NCBI GenBank assembly: GCA_964016885.1
Contig: OZ024746.1
Coordinates: 88,350,001 to 88,414,000 of the forward strand
DNA length: 64,000 nucleotides
Reading direction: 5' to 3'
Origin: Eledone cirrhosa
Lineage: Eukaryota
Position numbers and translations under genes: made by a program. The notes beneath the pieces are model-generated. The model was given only the letters and a program-made list of their open reading frames with translations. It did not search any database and was not told where the DNA came from. Positions 1 through 13,285 of this stretch are shown here, in pieces. The stretch's first letter is position 1, and each line of letters opens with the position of its first letter.

Positions 1-1354
1 TATTCTTGTCACCGAGGTATTGAACATAGCCAAAAGTATAGCTGCCAAAGCATTGAATTTAACATATAAAAGAGAATCAATCACGCTGTGCAATATTGAT
101 ACCGTAGACTCTCTAAACGGTCATTGTATTTTTATACTTTTTATATATATTAATGTGCGTATGTAAGTGTATCTGTGTGTGTGCGTGTGAATGTCTATGT
201 GTGTTTGTGCAAGTATGTTATACTGTCTTTTCTTTTTAAATATCTTCAAACTACTTAACTGCTGACTTTTCTATTCATACAGTTCTTATCTATGAAGACA
301 TCTTAATGTCTAATTCATAAAGAAAAAGATGATTTGTATGTAACATTTTGTATTTAAGTTTTTTTTTTTCATGTTTTGCTCCTGAACATATAAGATGTGG
401 ACCGGATTTACTCATCAAGTAATGCGGATTTCATTTATCGTCTACTTTTATGAAATGCATCGTGTTTATGTTTGCAGAAAAAATCAACGAAATATCTGAG
501 GTTCGAATTCGAACAAAACTTTAATGTGTGAAACTTAGAAAAATAAACAAGTCAAAGAATTATGAAACAAAAATAAATTTATATATAAAGCTGTTGTTAG
601 TTATTAATCTTTGGGTAACTGAAGCACGAGGAAGGACTTCTAATCCACTTCAATATCCAGGTATCTAAATATAGATGTTATTATATTTTCCACTTTGTCA
701 ATTCTAGGTGAATGAATACACTGTATGGTTTCTGGGAGATATGACTGCACATTTTAGCAGGGTGAATGACAGAAGGAACACTCATCGTCTGTGTATCGAA
801 TACATATTTTTATAAGAAGAATATATTTTTGTAATATCATTAATTGATGGCTTGAAGCACTTCTATCACCAACCATTTCACCACGAGAACTGTGAAGTTC
901 ACAGTCCCTAGAAAGGCTGTTTTGACCGATCTGAAGATCAGTGCCCTGTGTTATATAGAATGCCGACCCTCATAGACGGCTTCGAATCATTAAAATCTGC
1001 AGAGCCCATGCCTACTACATATATATTTCAACTACTTTCCTTTACGAGTTGCCTTCCATTCAACTTACAGAACCCAATTAGACACATATTCGGATGGCTG
1101 ACTTCATTAATATGGACACAATTCTTAAAATCAATTCATGTCATACTTATTATATGGAGCATCAAAGAACTAGCATGAAATAATTATGCAGGAAAGCGTT
1201 CTTATTACTTGATTAAGCGTTCTTAATACTTGATCATTATATAAAGCGTTCTTATTACTTGATCATTATATAAATTATTTTTGTTGATTGTATGATACAA
1301 ACAGGCATATGATTCACTGATGTAATTTCCTTGAATTATATTTACAGCTTTCAG

Positions 1355-1562
1355 GGCGGAGGATTGTTAGTATCGTTAGAGGGTCGGACGCCATGCTTTG
1401 CAGCATAGAGTTAAGGCCCTTTATAATCTGCAGATGTTAACTTTGCCTTTCATCCTTACAAGGTCGATAAAATAAAGTACCAGTGATGCACAGGTTCAAT
1501 TTGAGTGACTCCCCCCACCCCCAATATGCTGGCCATGTGCCTTTATAAGAAACCATTATTAT
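1355..1562 (+). mobile_element. tRNA-derived SINE (family S1), B-box region deleted
   Basis: Matches other S1 copies (gggtcggacgccatgcttt...ttaactttgcctttcatcctta...gtcgataaaataaagtaccagt...gctggcc.tgtgcc...agaaaccattatt); target-site duplication TATTTACAGCTTT on both sides. Confidence 0.85.
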
Positions 1563-1883
1563 TTACAGCTTTTAACATATTAATCACGAGGAACACATTA
1601 ATAAAGTTTACAAAATATGAAACGGGCTAAAGCACCAAACAAGAAAATATTAAATTGAATGTTTTAGAACTCACAATGTCAATTTTCAAATGTATAGAGA
1701 TGTGGCGATTGGGTTTTAGCGTACTAGGCTATCTCTGCAAAGTTTGCTCCATTCTCCCAAATAACATAATCTTAATGCGTGCCTAGAATTTCAAACTCGG
1801 TGGTTGTATCAGGCGAAGTGTCATATTATAAGAGTATACGACACTTTCACCAGTTCCAAAACACTGCTATATTACATTTATTT

Positions 1884-2015
1884 ATGGTACTTTATTTTAT
1901 CGATACCGTAAAGAAGAAGGGTAAAGCTAATCTCGAAGAGATTTGAACTAAGAATGTAAGGAACCGTAACTCTATGCAACGAAGCAAATTGTCCGACGCT
2001 CTAAATATTCTATCA
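1884..2015 (-). mobile_element. Diverged S1 SINE fragment
   Basis: tggtactttattttatcga...atttgaactaagaatgtaag...gtccgacgctcta is the reverse complement of the S1 body. Confidence 0.7.
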
Positions 2016-3470
2016 ATAAAATAATAAATTGCAATGTGTCCAAGATGTCTGGAAAATTGACCTATATTGTAGTATAGGCACAGTATATATGCATGATTAT
2101 TTTGTGGGGTTATTTTAACAACGTCCAGCGAACCTACAAGTCAATTAATATTTTAGAGTAAGATATTTAGGTGATGTGATATATAATACTATCAGCTCAT
2201 GACAGCAGAAGCATGCACTTAAGTTTGGCCGGTAAGAAAGGGAGTTGCAGTTGAGAACTTCTATTTATTTACGAGACTCTCATAAAAAAACATCCCTACT
2301 GTTATATAAAATGAAACGAAGTGATAAATAAGAAATCTCATATTATTCGATTGTTTCCTTCTTTATTTCCTTTAAAAAAGGAATGAACTTGATATGTAAA
2401 CAATATGAACTACTTCCATATAAAAACGTATTCATTGACTGCAATTGGGTCACACCAAGCAGAGAAAATACACAGAAGACAAGTTTTCTAACACAGCGAT
2501 GCCAAATGAAAAATAATTTAAGATGTCTGTTTTCAGAAAAGAAATATGGCTTTGAAAGTCTTGTCATACCAGATAAAACTAATGTTTAATTAATTATTCG
2601 GTGGTCTATTTAACATTATTTACTGAAGTGTTAACTATATACTCTACGACATGACTTATTAATTTGGTGTCAACAAGAATTAAAATTTTCAGAGCGTCAC
2701 ATACACTAGATATAAACCCATTTATATATGGAAAAGCATGTGAGAGTTTTTACCAAGAAAGGGAGAATTCCACTTTATAGCGAATAAATCAGTTCTGACA
2801 GGACTGTGCTAGATCTTTATCAGCTCTTTCAAATGGGTAGTTATGGTTCTACTACCTTTCCTTAAATCTAGTAGAACCTGCATCAATATAAGTTTGACTA
2901 CACTTTATACTTCACATTCATAAACCATATTTTTATCTAAACAGTTATTTTCCAATTGGCAACTGTTATGATTCCTGCAATTGCATTTATTTACTTTACC
3001 ATTCATTGTTCCTTCCCTGTCCGTTGTTTTTTCTCATATGTGTTAAAGGTGTTAATCCCTGTCATTCGATTTACTGTTTATCAATGTTTCTATGATTTCT
3101 ATTGTGAGTTACCTCTTTATGTTTAATACCCAAATTTCTATTGTTAATCGTCGCTATATTCAGCGAAATTGTTTTTAGTTGTCGAGTGAGAATTTTGAAT
3201 TGTGTGTCGATTAAAGATTTGAGTATATTTATGTGATTCAAGAAAACATTTTAATTCTGCTATGGACTTGCCTATGGCCAGCGATACCGTGAATCATAAA
3301 AAAATGTAACATAAAAAATGTAACATCTGCTTGAATCTTGTTTAAGTGAAGAACGTCTTTCACCGGGAAAATCCTATTACCATAAAACGGTAGGAAACAT
3401 ATTGGTTCCATTCATGATGTCACAGGTGTGTGATGAAATAACTTTGATAGACCATATATATATAGATAGA

Positions 3471-3541
<71 letters not shown>

Positions 3542-3575
3542 AATAAATATATATATATATATATATATATATTAA

Positions 3576-3812
3576 TTATTAAAATAACAGATTAAAGTTT
3601 AAGCAAAGAATCGCTGCTTTCACCCTTAACGGGATCTTCTGAAACTCTGAGTTTCAGAAGATCCCGTTAAGGGTGAAAGCAGCGATTCTTTGCTTAAACT
3701 TGAATCTGTTATTTTAATAAATATTTGCTCTACGGTTCTTATATATTTGATATATATATTTATCCTTATCGAGTCCTCTTTGGATTTTAGTCTACAAATT
3801 TATTAATATTAC
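3576..3812 (+). mobile_element. Fold-back PLE pseudo-LTR remnant in (TA)n
   Basis: 72-nt inverted arms 3576-3647 / 3649-3720 with 1 mismatch and a 1-nt loop; right arm continues ~90 nt; (TA)n on both sides; hammerhead-like motif in each arm. Confidence 0.7.
3650..3700 (+). ncRNA. Type-I hammerhead ribozyme-like motif (variant core CAGAAGA)
   Basis: AGTTT-CAGAAGA-TCCC gttaa GGGT-GAAA-GCA..TGC-TT-AAACT; stems I, II and III pair; mirrored on the minus strand at 3596-3646. Confidence 0.65.
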
Positions 3813-3843
<31 letters not shown>

Positions 3844-3976
3844 CCGTTGGTCAATCAATGATAGACATTAATTGCCAAATGAATTAACTATATAGATATA
3901 AAATATAGAAGAGAAAAATCAGTCCAAACCAAAAAGTGAGTGTGTTTTATTATTATTGCTGGCAATATTATTACAA

Positions 3977-4166
3977 CGGTGAATTGGCAGTATTGGGAGA
4001 GGGTCGGACGCCATGCTTTGACGTATAGAGTTACGGCCCTTGCTATTCTGAGTTCAAATCCCGCCGAGGTTAACTTTGCCTTTCATCCTTACGGGGTCGA
4101 TAAAATAAAGTACCAGTAATGCACTGGATAATTGCTGGCCTTGTGCCTAACGTAGAAACAATTATT
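3977..4166 (+). mobile_element. tRNA-derived SINE (S1)
   Basis: A-box-like TGGCAGTATTGG, B-box GAGTTCAAATCCC, S1 body, ATTATT tail, TSD ATTATTACAA. Confidence 0.9.
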
Positions 4167-4455
4167 ACAATATAACCCTTCCCAAATATGACAATATAAA
4201 TATATATATATATGTATATCAATTATACATAACACATTATGTCAACTCTATTTTACAAAAAGACGTTATACAATGGTGGTAATATAGATAAAAGATATAT
4301 AAAATTGAATAATGAACATAAGGGGAAGAGATAAAGAAGGGCAGATCTGACTGTGAAGGAAAGTAGATGGTTATAGTTGACAAAATTGAGAGGAACATAA
4401 GTGATAAAGAAAAGGATATTAAACCACAGATGAAAGGGAGAAGGGAAGTGATTGA

Positions 4456-5440
4456 TGTGGTTTAAGCCTAATGAGTGGCGTTGCTTCGGCTGCACCCAGT
4501 GGACCAAACAGCAAAGGTATTTCCGGAGACAATGGCCAGCCACACGCGTTGCAACAGCCACCCCACGTCTCATGGCTCCTATCTCAGACGGCCTGCTGAT
4601 GTCTGTTTTACGGAGGAGATCGGCAGTACTGGTTCCGAGGAGGCATGAAGTCTGGTCGGTGATTGGTCCGGAGAGGAAGCGGCCGGACAAACAACAGTAT
4701 GTATTTGCTTTCCGATTTACTGCATTGCCATCTTCATTACCGGTATTTCTGGCCGAAGCGATTACATTGGAGGCGGAGAAAGTTTCACAGCATGTAACAT
4801 CTCAGATAAGGATTGTATCCCCTTCAAATGGAAGAGGATAATATTATTGGGATGCTTGCCGTCTCCACGAATGAGGCCTGCTTATGACGATAACACAGGC
4901 TTGAGCCACACACTGAATGTTTGGCTGCAAATTGGATCGGAGAAAGATGAGGCGGTGTTGGTCTAAAGGAAGACTTGAACTGTATGCCTTCCCAGCTATG
5001 TTTGGCATATATATACTGGGCGGTAAAGAGGGCTTGACCTGTTCTGTCGGTCACACACTGCTTAAGTTCTAGGGCTGCATCATATCCGGTCGTCTTGCTG
5101 AAAACGTTACTGCGGAGAATTTGACTTGAGAAGATTGGGTAGAGTTCGGCCGGCAGTACAATACCTCGGTTGAAGCTGCGCTAGCCGGCAATGTCGAGAT
5201 TGATATTCCAGATGAGCTCTGCACAGTGTTGGATTTGCCGTCGAGTTTACAGAGGTAGTCTCCATATTAACCAAGGCAATCAATGTGCACCTGGTAGCTT
5301 GAATTAAAAGGAATTCAATGTTGGGAGAGTAGTAGGGTGAGAATGATTTGGAAGGGGTATAATACTGAAGCATCTGGCGTAGATAGATAGGAGGGCGGGC
5401 AAGGAAAGTAATAGTGTTCATATATGAGAGAGTGTGTGGG
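4456..5440 (-). mobile_element. Possible decayed Ty3/Gypsy 3' end (integrase tail plus LTR)
   Basis: GC-richer block; 4456-4799 has TG...CA termini; minus-strand translation loosely resembles a Gypsy integrase C-terminus (e.g. SVWLKPV, like the VS.RLKP motif). Heavily degenerate. Confidence 0.35.
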
Positions 5441-5574
5441 ATATTAAAATCTATCAAAGATGTCTACGTATTTGACATCAATAACATGTTCAACCTCGTC
5501 GTCACTAACAATGACATTTCTAACAAGGAACATAATCTCTGTCAATGCCAAACATTTTGTTTTCTTCACCAGAC

Positions 5575-5755
5575 CCATCACCTTCATCATAATCATCTTG
5601 ATTATAATCCTCATCATCATCATCATCATCATCATCATCAACATCACCATCTTCGCCATCGTGGTTGTCGCCATCGTTCTCGTCATCATCATCATCACCA
5701 TCATCATATTAGTCATCGTCCTTGTCATCGTGGTTGTCGCCGTCGTTCTCGTCAA

Positions 5756-5791
<36 letters not shown>

Positions 5792-5812
5792 ATCGGATTC
5801 TTCATGACACGT

Positions 5813-5855
<43 letters not shown>

Positions 5856-6157
5856 CGACCCTCATCGTTATAACCAACATCATCAATATCGTCAATAATG
5901 TCATCATCTCCATCACCATTGCAGTCAATACAACCAACGATACCACCGACGATATGATTGTCATCGTCATCATCATCATCACCATCATCATCTTCGTCAT
6001 CGTGGTTGTCGTGGTCGTTCGCGGCCTCATCATCAACAATACCACCATCATCATCATCTTCTACACATCAATCTTCGTGCTAGTCGTGGTCGTTTTCGGC
6101 CTCATCATCACCATCTGCGTCATGGTGGTTGTTTTTGTTCGTTCTCGGACTCATCAA

Positions 6158-6212
<55 letters not shown>

Positions 6213-6328
6213 TTCATCATCATCATCATCATCATCACCAACAATACCACCATCATCACCATCATAATCTTCGCCATGGTGGTTGTCGTGGTCGTTCTCG
6301 GCCTCATCATCATCATCACCACCATCAC

Positions 6329-6402
<74 letters not shown>

Positions 6403-6508
6403 CCAACAATACCACCACCACTACCCTCATCATCATTATCATCATCATCACCAACAATACCACCATCATCATCATTATCATTATCTGCTGCACAATCATC
6501 ATCATCAG
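5575..6508. repeat. Compound (CAT)n microsatellite with recurring CGT/GTT-rich units
   Basis: Long CAT runs with repeated units such as cttcgccatcgtggttgtcg..gtcgttctcg and caccaacaataccaccatcatc; source of the poly-His/Ile/Met ORFs. Confidence 0.95.
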
Positions 6509-6753
6509 TAACGCCATCCGTTTAATCACGATCTTGCAATCAGATGGGAACAATTTTCTCATGCCTTTCTCTTTGTATTTTAACATTTGCTTGTCAACAT
6601 TTTGTTTCATGCCACCTTTGATAATTCCGAATATTTTACTTTAGTATTCTCTATCGAAACTCTATACAATACTTCAATCTATTTTCATATGATTATCCAT
6701 ATATACATATATACATAAATGCATGCACTCTCTCATATGCTAACCCCCCCCCC

Positions 6754-6763
6754 ATATATATAT

Positions 6764-6856
<93 letters not shown>

Positions 6857-7038
6857 TATATATACATATATATGTATATATAATTTAAAAAAATATATAT
6901 ATGTGTATATATATTTTAAAAATATATATATACATATGTATATACATGGATGCCTATATACATGTATATATATATATATATATAAATATATGCATATATA
7001 TATATATATATATATTAATATATATATATATATATATA

Positions 7039-7128
<90 letters not shown>

Positions 7129-7238
7129 TATAAATATATAAATATATATATATATACATATGTGTATATACATGGATGCCTATGTATATATAAATATATA
7201 TATACATATGTGTGTATACATGGATGCCTATGTATATG

Positions 7239-7270
<32 letters not shown>

Positions 7271-7296
7271 TACATATATATTCACACGTATACGCA

Positions 7297-7361
<65 letters not shown>

Positions 7362-7370
7362 ATATATATG
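6754..7370. repeat. (TA)n / (CA)n microsatellite with a tatacatggatgcctat unit
   Basis: Directly visible; catggatgcctat recurs three times. Confidence 0.95.
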
Positions 7371-8112
7371 TATATGCATTCATACATCCCTACATAACGG
7401 ATGGCTTTCTAATTGAATATAGTTGCGTTCCTCGCTTCGTGTTTCATTCGTACATTTATATTTGTCAGCCTTTTTTTAGACATGTTTTTCATATTCACAT
7501 TCTTCCACCGTCAAATAATGCCATCCGCAACAAACAGGACATACATGAACTATGGCAATGCGTGACATAAATTCCAGTTTTCTGTTTGAATCTGAACTGC
7601 ACAATCTGATTTTGTTAGCATTTCCAATGTAGTGAAATATATATGGAATACATAAGCTTGCATTCACAGTCATACTCATCTTTTTATATATGAATTGCTA
7701 TATAGATATATGCATTTAGACACGCACAAATGCGCGCATTCACGACTACACCAACATATACATATACGCACACATACTCTTACAAACACACACATACACA
7801 CACATGCACATACACACACACACACACATACACACACACACACATATATATATATATGAATAAATTTAGTTCCTTCATCAGTGATCTTCCAACCTTCATT
7901 GGTATTTCATCGCTTTAAAGACCATATACCTCCGGTTGGTGCGAGCAACGGCTAAAGAAAGTCGTTGGGACACGTAAATAGGGGAAACGAGCGAGACAGT
8001 AAACAATCAAAGATGGTAATGCAACGAAAAGTGAGGAAGAAGGAGTCAAGTCCCTGATAATCGATGAACATAAGTTCTGTGAAATCGTGGACGAGACAGA
8101 ATAAAGACCATC

Positions 8113-8148
<36 letters not shown>

Positions 8149-8334
8149 GTGATTATATGTCTTTGCTCGTATATGTGTGTGTATATCTATGTCGATGTGT
8201 GTGTCTGTTTGAATATGTGTAAGTGATGAATATAAATATTGAAATAAATTTTAATTTTACATATAATATCGTTCTTCTATTTTTTTCTTATTGTTCTTAT
8301 TATTATTCGTTTTCATCTCTTCATCTCGGTCCTC

Positions 8335-8617
8335 CTCCTCCTTCTTCTTCTTCTTCTTCTTCTTCTTCTTCTTGTTTCTTCTTCTTCTACTTCTTCTTCT
8401 TCTGTTTATTCTTCTTCTTCTTCTACTTCTACTTCTTCTTCTTCTTCTTCTGCTTCTTCTTTTTTCTTCTTCTTCTACTTCTTCTTCTTCTCTTTTTCTA
8501 CTTCTTCTTCTTCTCCTTCTTGTTTCTTCTTCTTCTTCTTCTTCTTCTTCTTCTTCTTCTTCTTCTTCTTCTTCTTCTTCTTCTTCTTCTTCTTCTTCTT
8601 CTTCTTCTTCTTCTTCG
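8335..8617. repeat. (CTT)n / (GAA)n microsatellite, probably the expanded tail of the adjacent RTE
   Basis: Directly visible; abuts the 3' end of the minus-strand RTE-like remnant. Confidence 0.9.
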
Positions 8618-10000
8618 TCGCCCATTTATTCGCCAACATCTTCCAGACAATCCTGTATAAATAAAACATGTCCAATGACGCACCTGGTTCCATAGGTTAG
8701 AATCACCGAACAGAAAGACTTTCATCAACCATCTTGCTCGTGGTCTAACGTTGAGCCTTCTAAGTTAAACCACGTCCAGCAATTATTTTAATGTCTCGAT
8801 TCCGTGTATTTGAGTCTCCCATTGGAGCAATCCTTTGATCTTCGAGCTACATACTCTATCGAGTAACGTTACTTCGAAAGCACTTAACCATTAACCATAA
8901 TCTATTTCGGCTGCCGGTGTTTGCGTCCAAATATTTTTGGAGATAACCCAATACTCTCACTTTATTTAAGACTATGTATACGCAACGGTTCTAATATAGC
9001 GCGTTTGTGGTTTATCCCCACCAGGCTACTTCCGATGGCCGAATGTTACACCTGGATCTTTACTGAACCATCTATAACAATTCTTTTATGTAATTTATCT
9101 GCCTTTCATCGCTCATGGAAATGTCTCTGAGATAATTGAATTTCGCCATGTACTTCAATGTAATTTTACTCGAATGAAGGATGCCTTGCAAACGTTTTCG
9201 TCAAAGGACAATAATCTCGCTGTATTGATTTTAATACCTTCTTTGCTGCATTCAGTAGCAAATATGCCCAGAACCTGTTGGTGATCACATTCCAACGTCA
9301 CAAGTACTACTCTATCCTTATAAAATTGCAGTTGACCGACACTACACACGCCGGATCTGATGCCATGTTAAACTAGTCTGCACATGTCAAATTTGTTCAT
9401 ATAGATTTTATGTGTTATACGTGATAATATCTAACGTTATTGGAATCCGCGACATACATTAAATTTGTTTCCTAACACAAATAATAGCTGTTTTATATAC
9501 GGTCATCAGGTTAACAAGAAATTGACCATCTCTCCCTCTCGCCTAAGGAGTCATCACCAACAAGCCCAAAATATTGCCATCGTATGAATGTTCGTTTTCG
9601 AGGAAATAAGGATATATATCTTGCAAAATCCCCACGATTTCTTGTATCACTCCTGCAGAGTTACTCTTTGGTCCACTGTGCTGCCTCTTGTACAAAGAAC
9701 TCCACAATATTCCTACCTCACTTTGGCATTCACGTAACATTAATTTTAATTCTAATATTTAACGAGAAAATGTTTCCATAAAGCAATCTCTCTTTCCTCT
9801 CATTTTGATAATTGGAATATCCAATTCCGATCGCCGTAGATTTTGTGTCTTTCCAGAGATTCAGGTTTCCCGTCATAGTTGCGTCGGATAGAATACATCT
9901 TTTCTATTTAAGGCTTTAAACTCTCGGGTCAAAATTCATCCTTCACTTGTTTCATTTGAAAGCTTAAGTTCCTCTGGTAACCACATACTCCATAGAGAAT
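8618..10000 (-). mobile_element. Highly decayed RTE-clade LINE (RT region and 3' end)
   Basis: Frameshifted minus-strand pieces RGSTVDQRVTLQE..KKSWDF, YFLENEHSYD, VLVTLECDHQQVLGIFATECSKEGIKINTAR and KFNYL follow RTE RT motif order; ends in (GAA)n. 5' limit uncertain. Confidence 0.55.
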
Positions 10001-10764
10001 CTTACAAGATGTTATAGTTACCGAAATTATGAAACCAGATAATTATTATATTCACTTCAAGAGGATGCACCTCATTGCAGCGTGAAAAAATAGCAGTCGT
10101 GTTTTTCTTCAGAGCCGTAGATGTATACTTCATAATACACATTTGGTGGATTGTTTGGCTAATTAAGTCATTTGTTATTCTAAAGTTTGTTTCCAGTTTA
10201 ACCCCATAAGTCTATCATTTATTAACTTTTGTATTGTCTCTGCTGCGACTTTTCCCGTTTGCTTTTACAGCATGTGCGGGAGAAAAGACATTGCCAAGCA
10301 AAGCTTTGTTAGACTCCTTCTTTACTTTGATGACACACGTTCACATTTTGATTAAACCAAGGTTGTCTCTTCGGCACCCCGAACTAATTTCACCTCATGT
10401 ATTTAAAAGATAAAGTAGAAACAACTGCCGCGATAATCAGTCACTGTTTCAACAATATCATTGCCTCCTTAGGGAAATCGTCGAATGTGGATGTAATAGC
10501 ATTCACATCCAATGTTCTAAACTATTCATCGGGCAGAAGTTCTCATTTAATCCGACTGTACCCACCGGAAATATCAATATTCTGTCTTTTTTCTAATATT
10601 ACGTATCCCATGTGACAGACAAGCAGTTAATGATCAGTTGAGAGTCCAGCCAATCTTTTAACACCTAAACCCATCAGAGAATCGAATTCGGTATGTGTTG
10701 ACCGAGATTTTAGTAGTTTACTTATTATTATTATTATTATCATCATTTTTTTTTTTCATTATTA

Positions 10765-12311
10765 TTTCTGAGATATATGGCGAGTGTCTTCCTGACACCT
10801 AGAGCAAATGAATTGTACAGTGTGCAATGGTAAGCCAGTTAATAGAGTACATTGATTATAATTAAACAAATACACTATACATATATACACATGTGCATAT
10901 GCTTATGTAAATACAGGGAGGTATATCAATCCGACAGAGATAGTCCTATTCTCAATACGTGTGCAGTACCAGTCAAAATATTTTTTTTGCACCTCGTGAA
11001 GAGAGGGTAAGCCAGGAATCATTCGCAAATATTGTTCTGTTCCTTTCTTGATCATTCCCAGTCCTCCCACAATCACTGGTATTGTAACGGCCTTGAGGTG
11101 CCACATTTTCTCAATTTCAATAAGCAGATCTTTATAATTTCGTAGCTTGTCAAATTCTTCTGCCGCGATATTGTGGTCACATGGGATACATATATCTATC
11201 ACTAAACATACTTTGTTGTGTTGATCTTTTACAATGATGGCAGGTCTATTTGCTTTTATGTTCCTGTCAGTATGTACAGGAAAGTCCCAGAGAATTGTTA
11301 CTTTTTCTCCTTCAGTTACAGCCTCAGGGTGATGATAGTACCACTTGTCTTCAGCTTTGATTTTGTAATGCCGACATATTACACAGTCTAGATATTGGCC
11401 AACTCTGTCATGTCTATATTTGTATTGTACTGGTGCTAAAACTCTATATCCAGAGACTAATTGATCCACTGTTTCAACTTCAGCATTGCAGAATCGGTCT
11501 TTGGGTATATTCCGTTTCTCATCACATTGGCCTGGTAACTACGAGTCAATAAGCTTTGATCTTGGGCAGCTAGGATGAAGCCTTCACTCTGCGTCTTTAG
11601 CCCTGAACTACGTAGCCACTGATGGGTGTGCTTTTGGTCAACGTCAGCTTGTTTGCCAAGGGCCACATATTTGCCATGCAGATGTTTCTGCTCCCAACGT
11701 GATGCTAATTTTCCTTACCCTTTTGCTTTTGCCAGTGATTTTATGTGCCTAGCAACATCAGTTGCAACAGTTTTTTTAGTCTGTCCAGCCTGTGTATCAA
11801 GCATGAAATCAGTAGCATATTTTTTGCTCTCTTTCAAGATACAATGGAGCGTCTTACTTCTCTCATGCTTTACAAGTTTCAGCATACAGTCGTTAGTTGT
11901 TTCAAGGTATTTAGCCAGTCCAATGATGGTGGTCTTGTAAGCAAATTCAAATTGGATCAGGCCACGGTCTCCTTGATTTCTAGGAAGGTAAAGACGATCC
12001 ACATCTGCTGTTGGGTGGTGCATCCTATTACAGGTCAGTAGTTTACGGACTTTGGTGTCGATTCTTTTGATTTCACTCATATTCCAGTTCAAAACACAGA
12101 AGCTATAAGTGACAACTGGGAATGCCAAGGAATTTATGGCTAGCACCTTGTTACGAGCGTTTAGTTCTGATCTTAGAACTGCACGTACTCTCCTGTAATA
12201 ATCTTTCCTTTTCCTATCTTTCATACTTGCATGCTGTATGGCAGAGCCCTCATTAATCGCTAAGTATTTATAGGTTCGTTCCTGCTCAAGTTCCTTTATG
12301 ATTGTTTCAGC
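10765..12311 (-). mobile_element. R4/Dong-like RLE LINE, family A, 5'-truncated and frameshifted
   Basis: ORFs 11715-12224, 11457-11666 and 10903-11469: HHPTADVDRLYLPR, LKTQSEGFILAAQDQ, YRHD, WDFPVHTDRNIKANRP, K..YKDL.IEI; bounded by TAA/TTA repeats. Confidence 0.9.
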
Positions 12312-12337
12312 TATTATTATTATTATTATTATTATTA

Positions 12338-13148
12338 TGCTCTTTGAGTCTCAGTCATTGATGTTATTTAACTGGAAAGAATGTTTGTTGAAATAAATAT
12401 CAAGCCACTACCTGCAGCCTCAGATATTCAGGACGTATCGGAGTGTTATTGCTGTTCCCAGCAAGCATGCCTTTTGAAGTGTTCCAAAAAGCCGGGCTGA
12501 ACTATCTTTCTTTAACCATCCTTGGAAACACTTTGAGATAGTACCTAGTGCGCCTATGACTTCAGGGCAGTTCAAAATCCTTCTTACCTCACTCTTTAAA
12601 TCCTGGTATCGGTTAATTTTCTCCCCCTCCTTCTCTTGCAGTCTCGTGTCGAATGGGCAGGCCACATCCACAATTAGGCACGATCTTTTTTCCTTGTTCA
12701 AAACCACCAGGTCAGGTCTATTGTGTTCCAGTTTCTTGTCCGGCTGTATCCTAAAATCCCATAGCACCTTCATCTGATGGTTTTCTATCACCGGCTCTGG
12801 TTTATGATCATACCACTTCTCAGACGTGGTAAATTGTTTACTTTGCATAGGTGCCAGTGGATCACCCTGCCCAACACATCATGTCTCCAGTCTTTATAGT
12901 GAGTCTGGGATAGGTGTTTACACTCGGATACAATGTGAGCCACATTCTCCTCTCTCTCTTCACAGATCCTACACAGTGGGCTAGCCTCCTCCTTGTAAAT
13001 ATGGTGTTTCAACCACTTCGTTTTGAGTGCTTGCTCTTGCGCAGCCATTAGCATTCCTTCTGTAGCCTTTTTGGGTCTCCTCTTTTTAACCAGTTCCATG
13101 TCTGTGGATCTCTAAATTCAGTTTTCTCAAAGAAGGTACTATGAATGG

Positions 13149-13149
<1 letters not shown>
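12338..13149 (-). mobile_element. R4/Dong-like LINE family B, copy B1 (3' ~0.8 kb)
   Basis: CRIC..EENVAHIVSEC zinc knuckle, RHD, NRPD RLE motif; same 3'UTR as 14013 and 18096 copies; (TTA)n both sides. Confidence 0.92.
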
Positions 13150-13217
<68 letters not shown>

Positions 13218-13218
<1 letters not shown>

Positions 13219-13243
13219 TTTGAGTCTCAGTCATTGATGTTAG
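13218..13243 (-). mobile_element. 26-nt 3'-terminal fragment of Dong-like family B
   Basis: ctttgagtctcagtcattgatgttag is the reverse complement of the family B terminus (19847-19872), set in pure (TTA)n. Confidence 0.8.

Positions 13244-13285
<42 letters not shown>

Noticed and set aside
1194-1272. Three short direct repeats aagcgttctta.tacttgat
   Set aside because: Local tandem duplication with no unique spacers; eukaryotic context; not CRISPR.
3576-3720. Reading the palindromes as MITEs or pre-miRNAs
   Set aside because: One arm extends asymmetrically, families share no TIR, and hammerhead motifs point to PLE pseudo-LTRs; not excluded for 34114-34378.
8050-8092. Hammerhead-like GTCC-CTGATAA...GAAA-TCGT-GGAC
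   Set aside because: Core altered and stem III/cleavage site incomplete; at best a decayed copy, so not counted.
5414-8728. Long poly-His/Ile/Met, YI-repeat and poly-E/K/R ORFs (also at 36-38, 41, 51 and 57 kb)
   Set aside because: They are translations of stop-free microsatellites in several frames on both strands.
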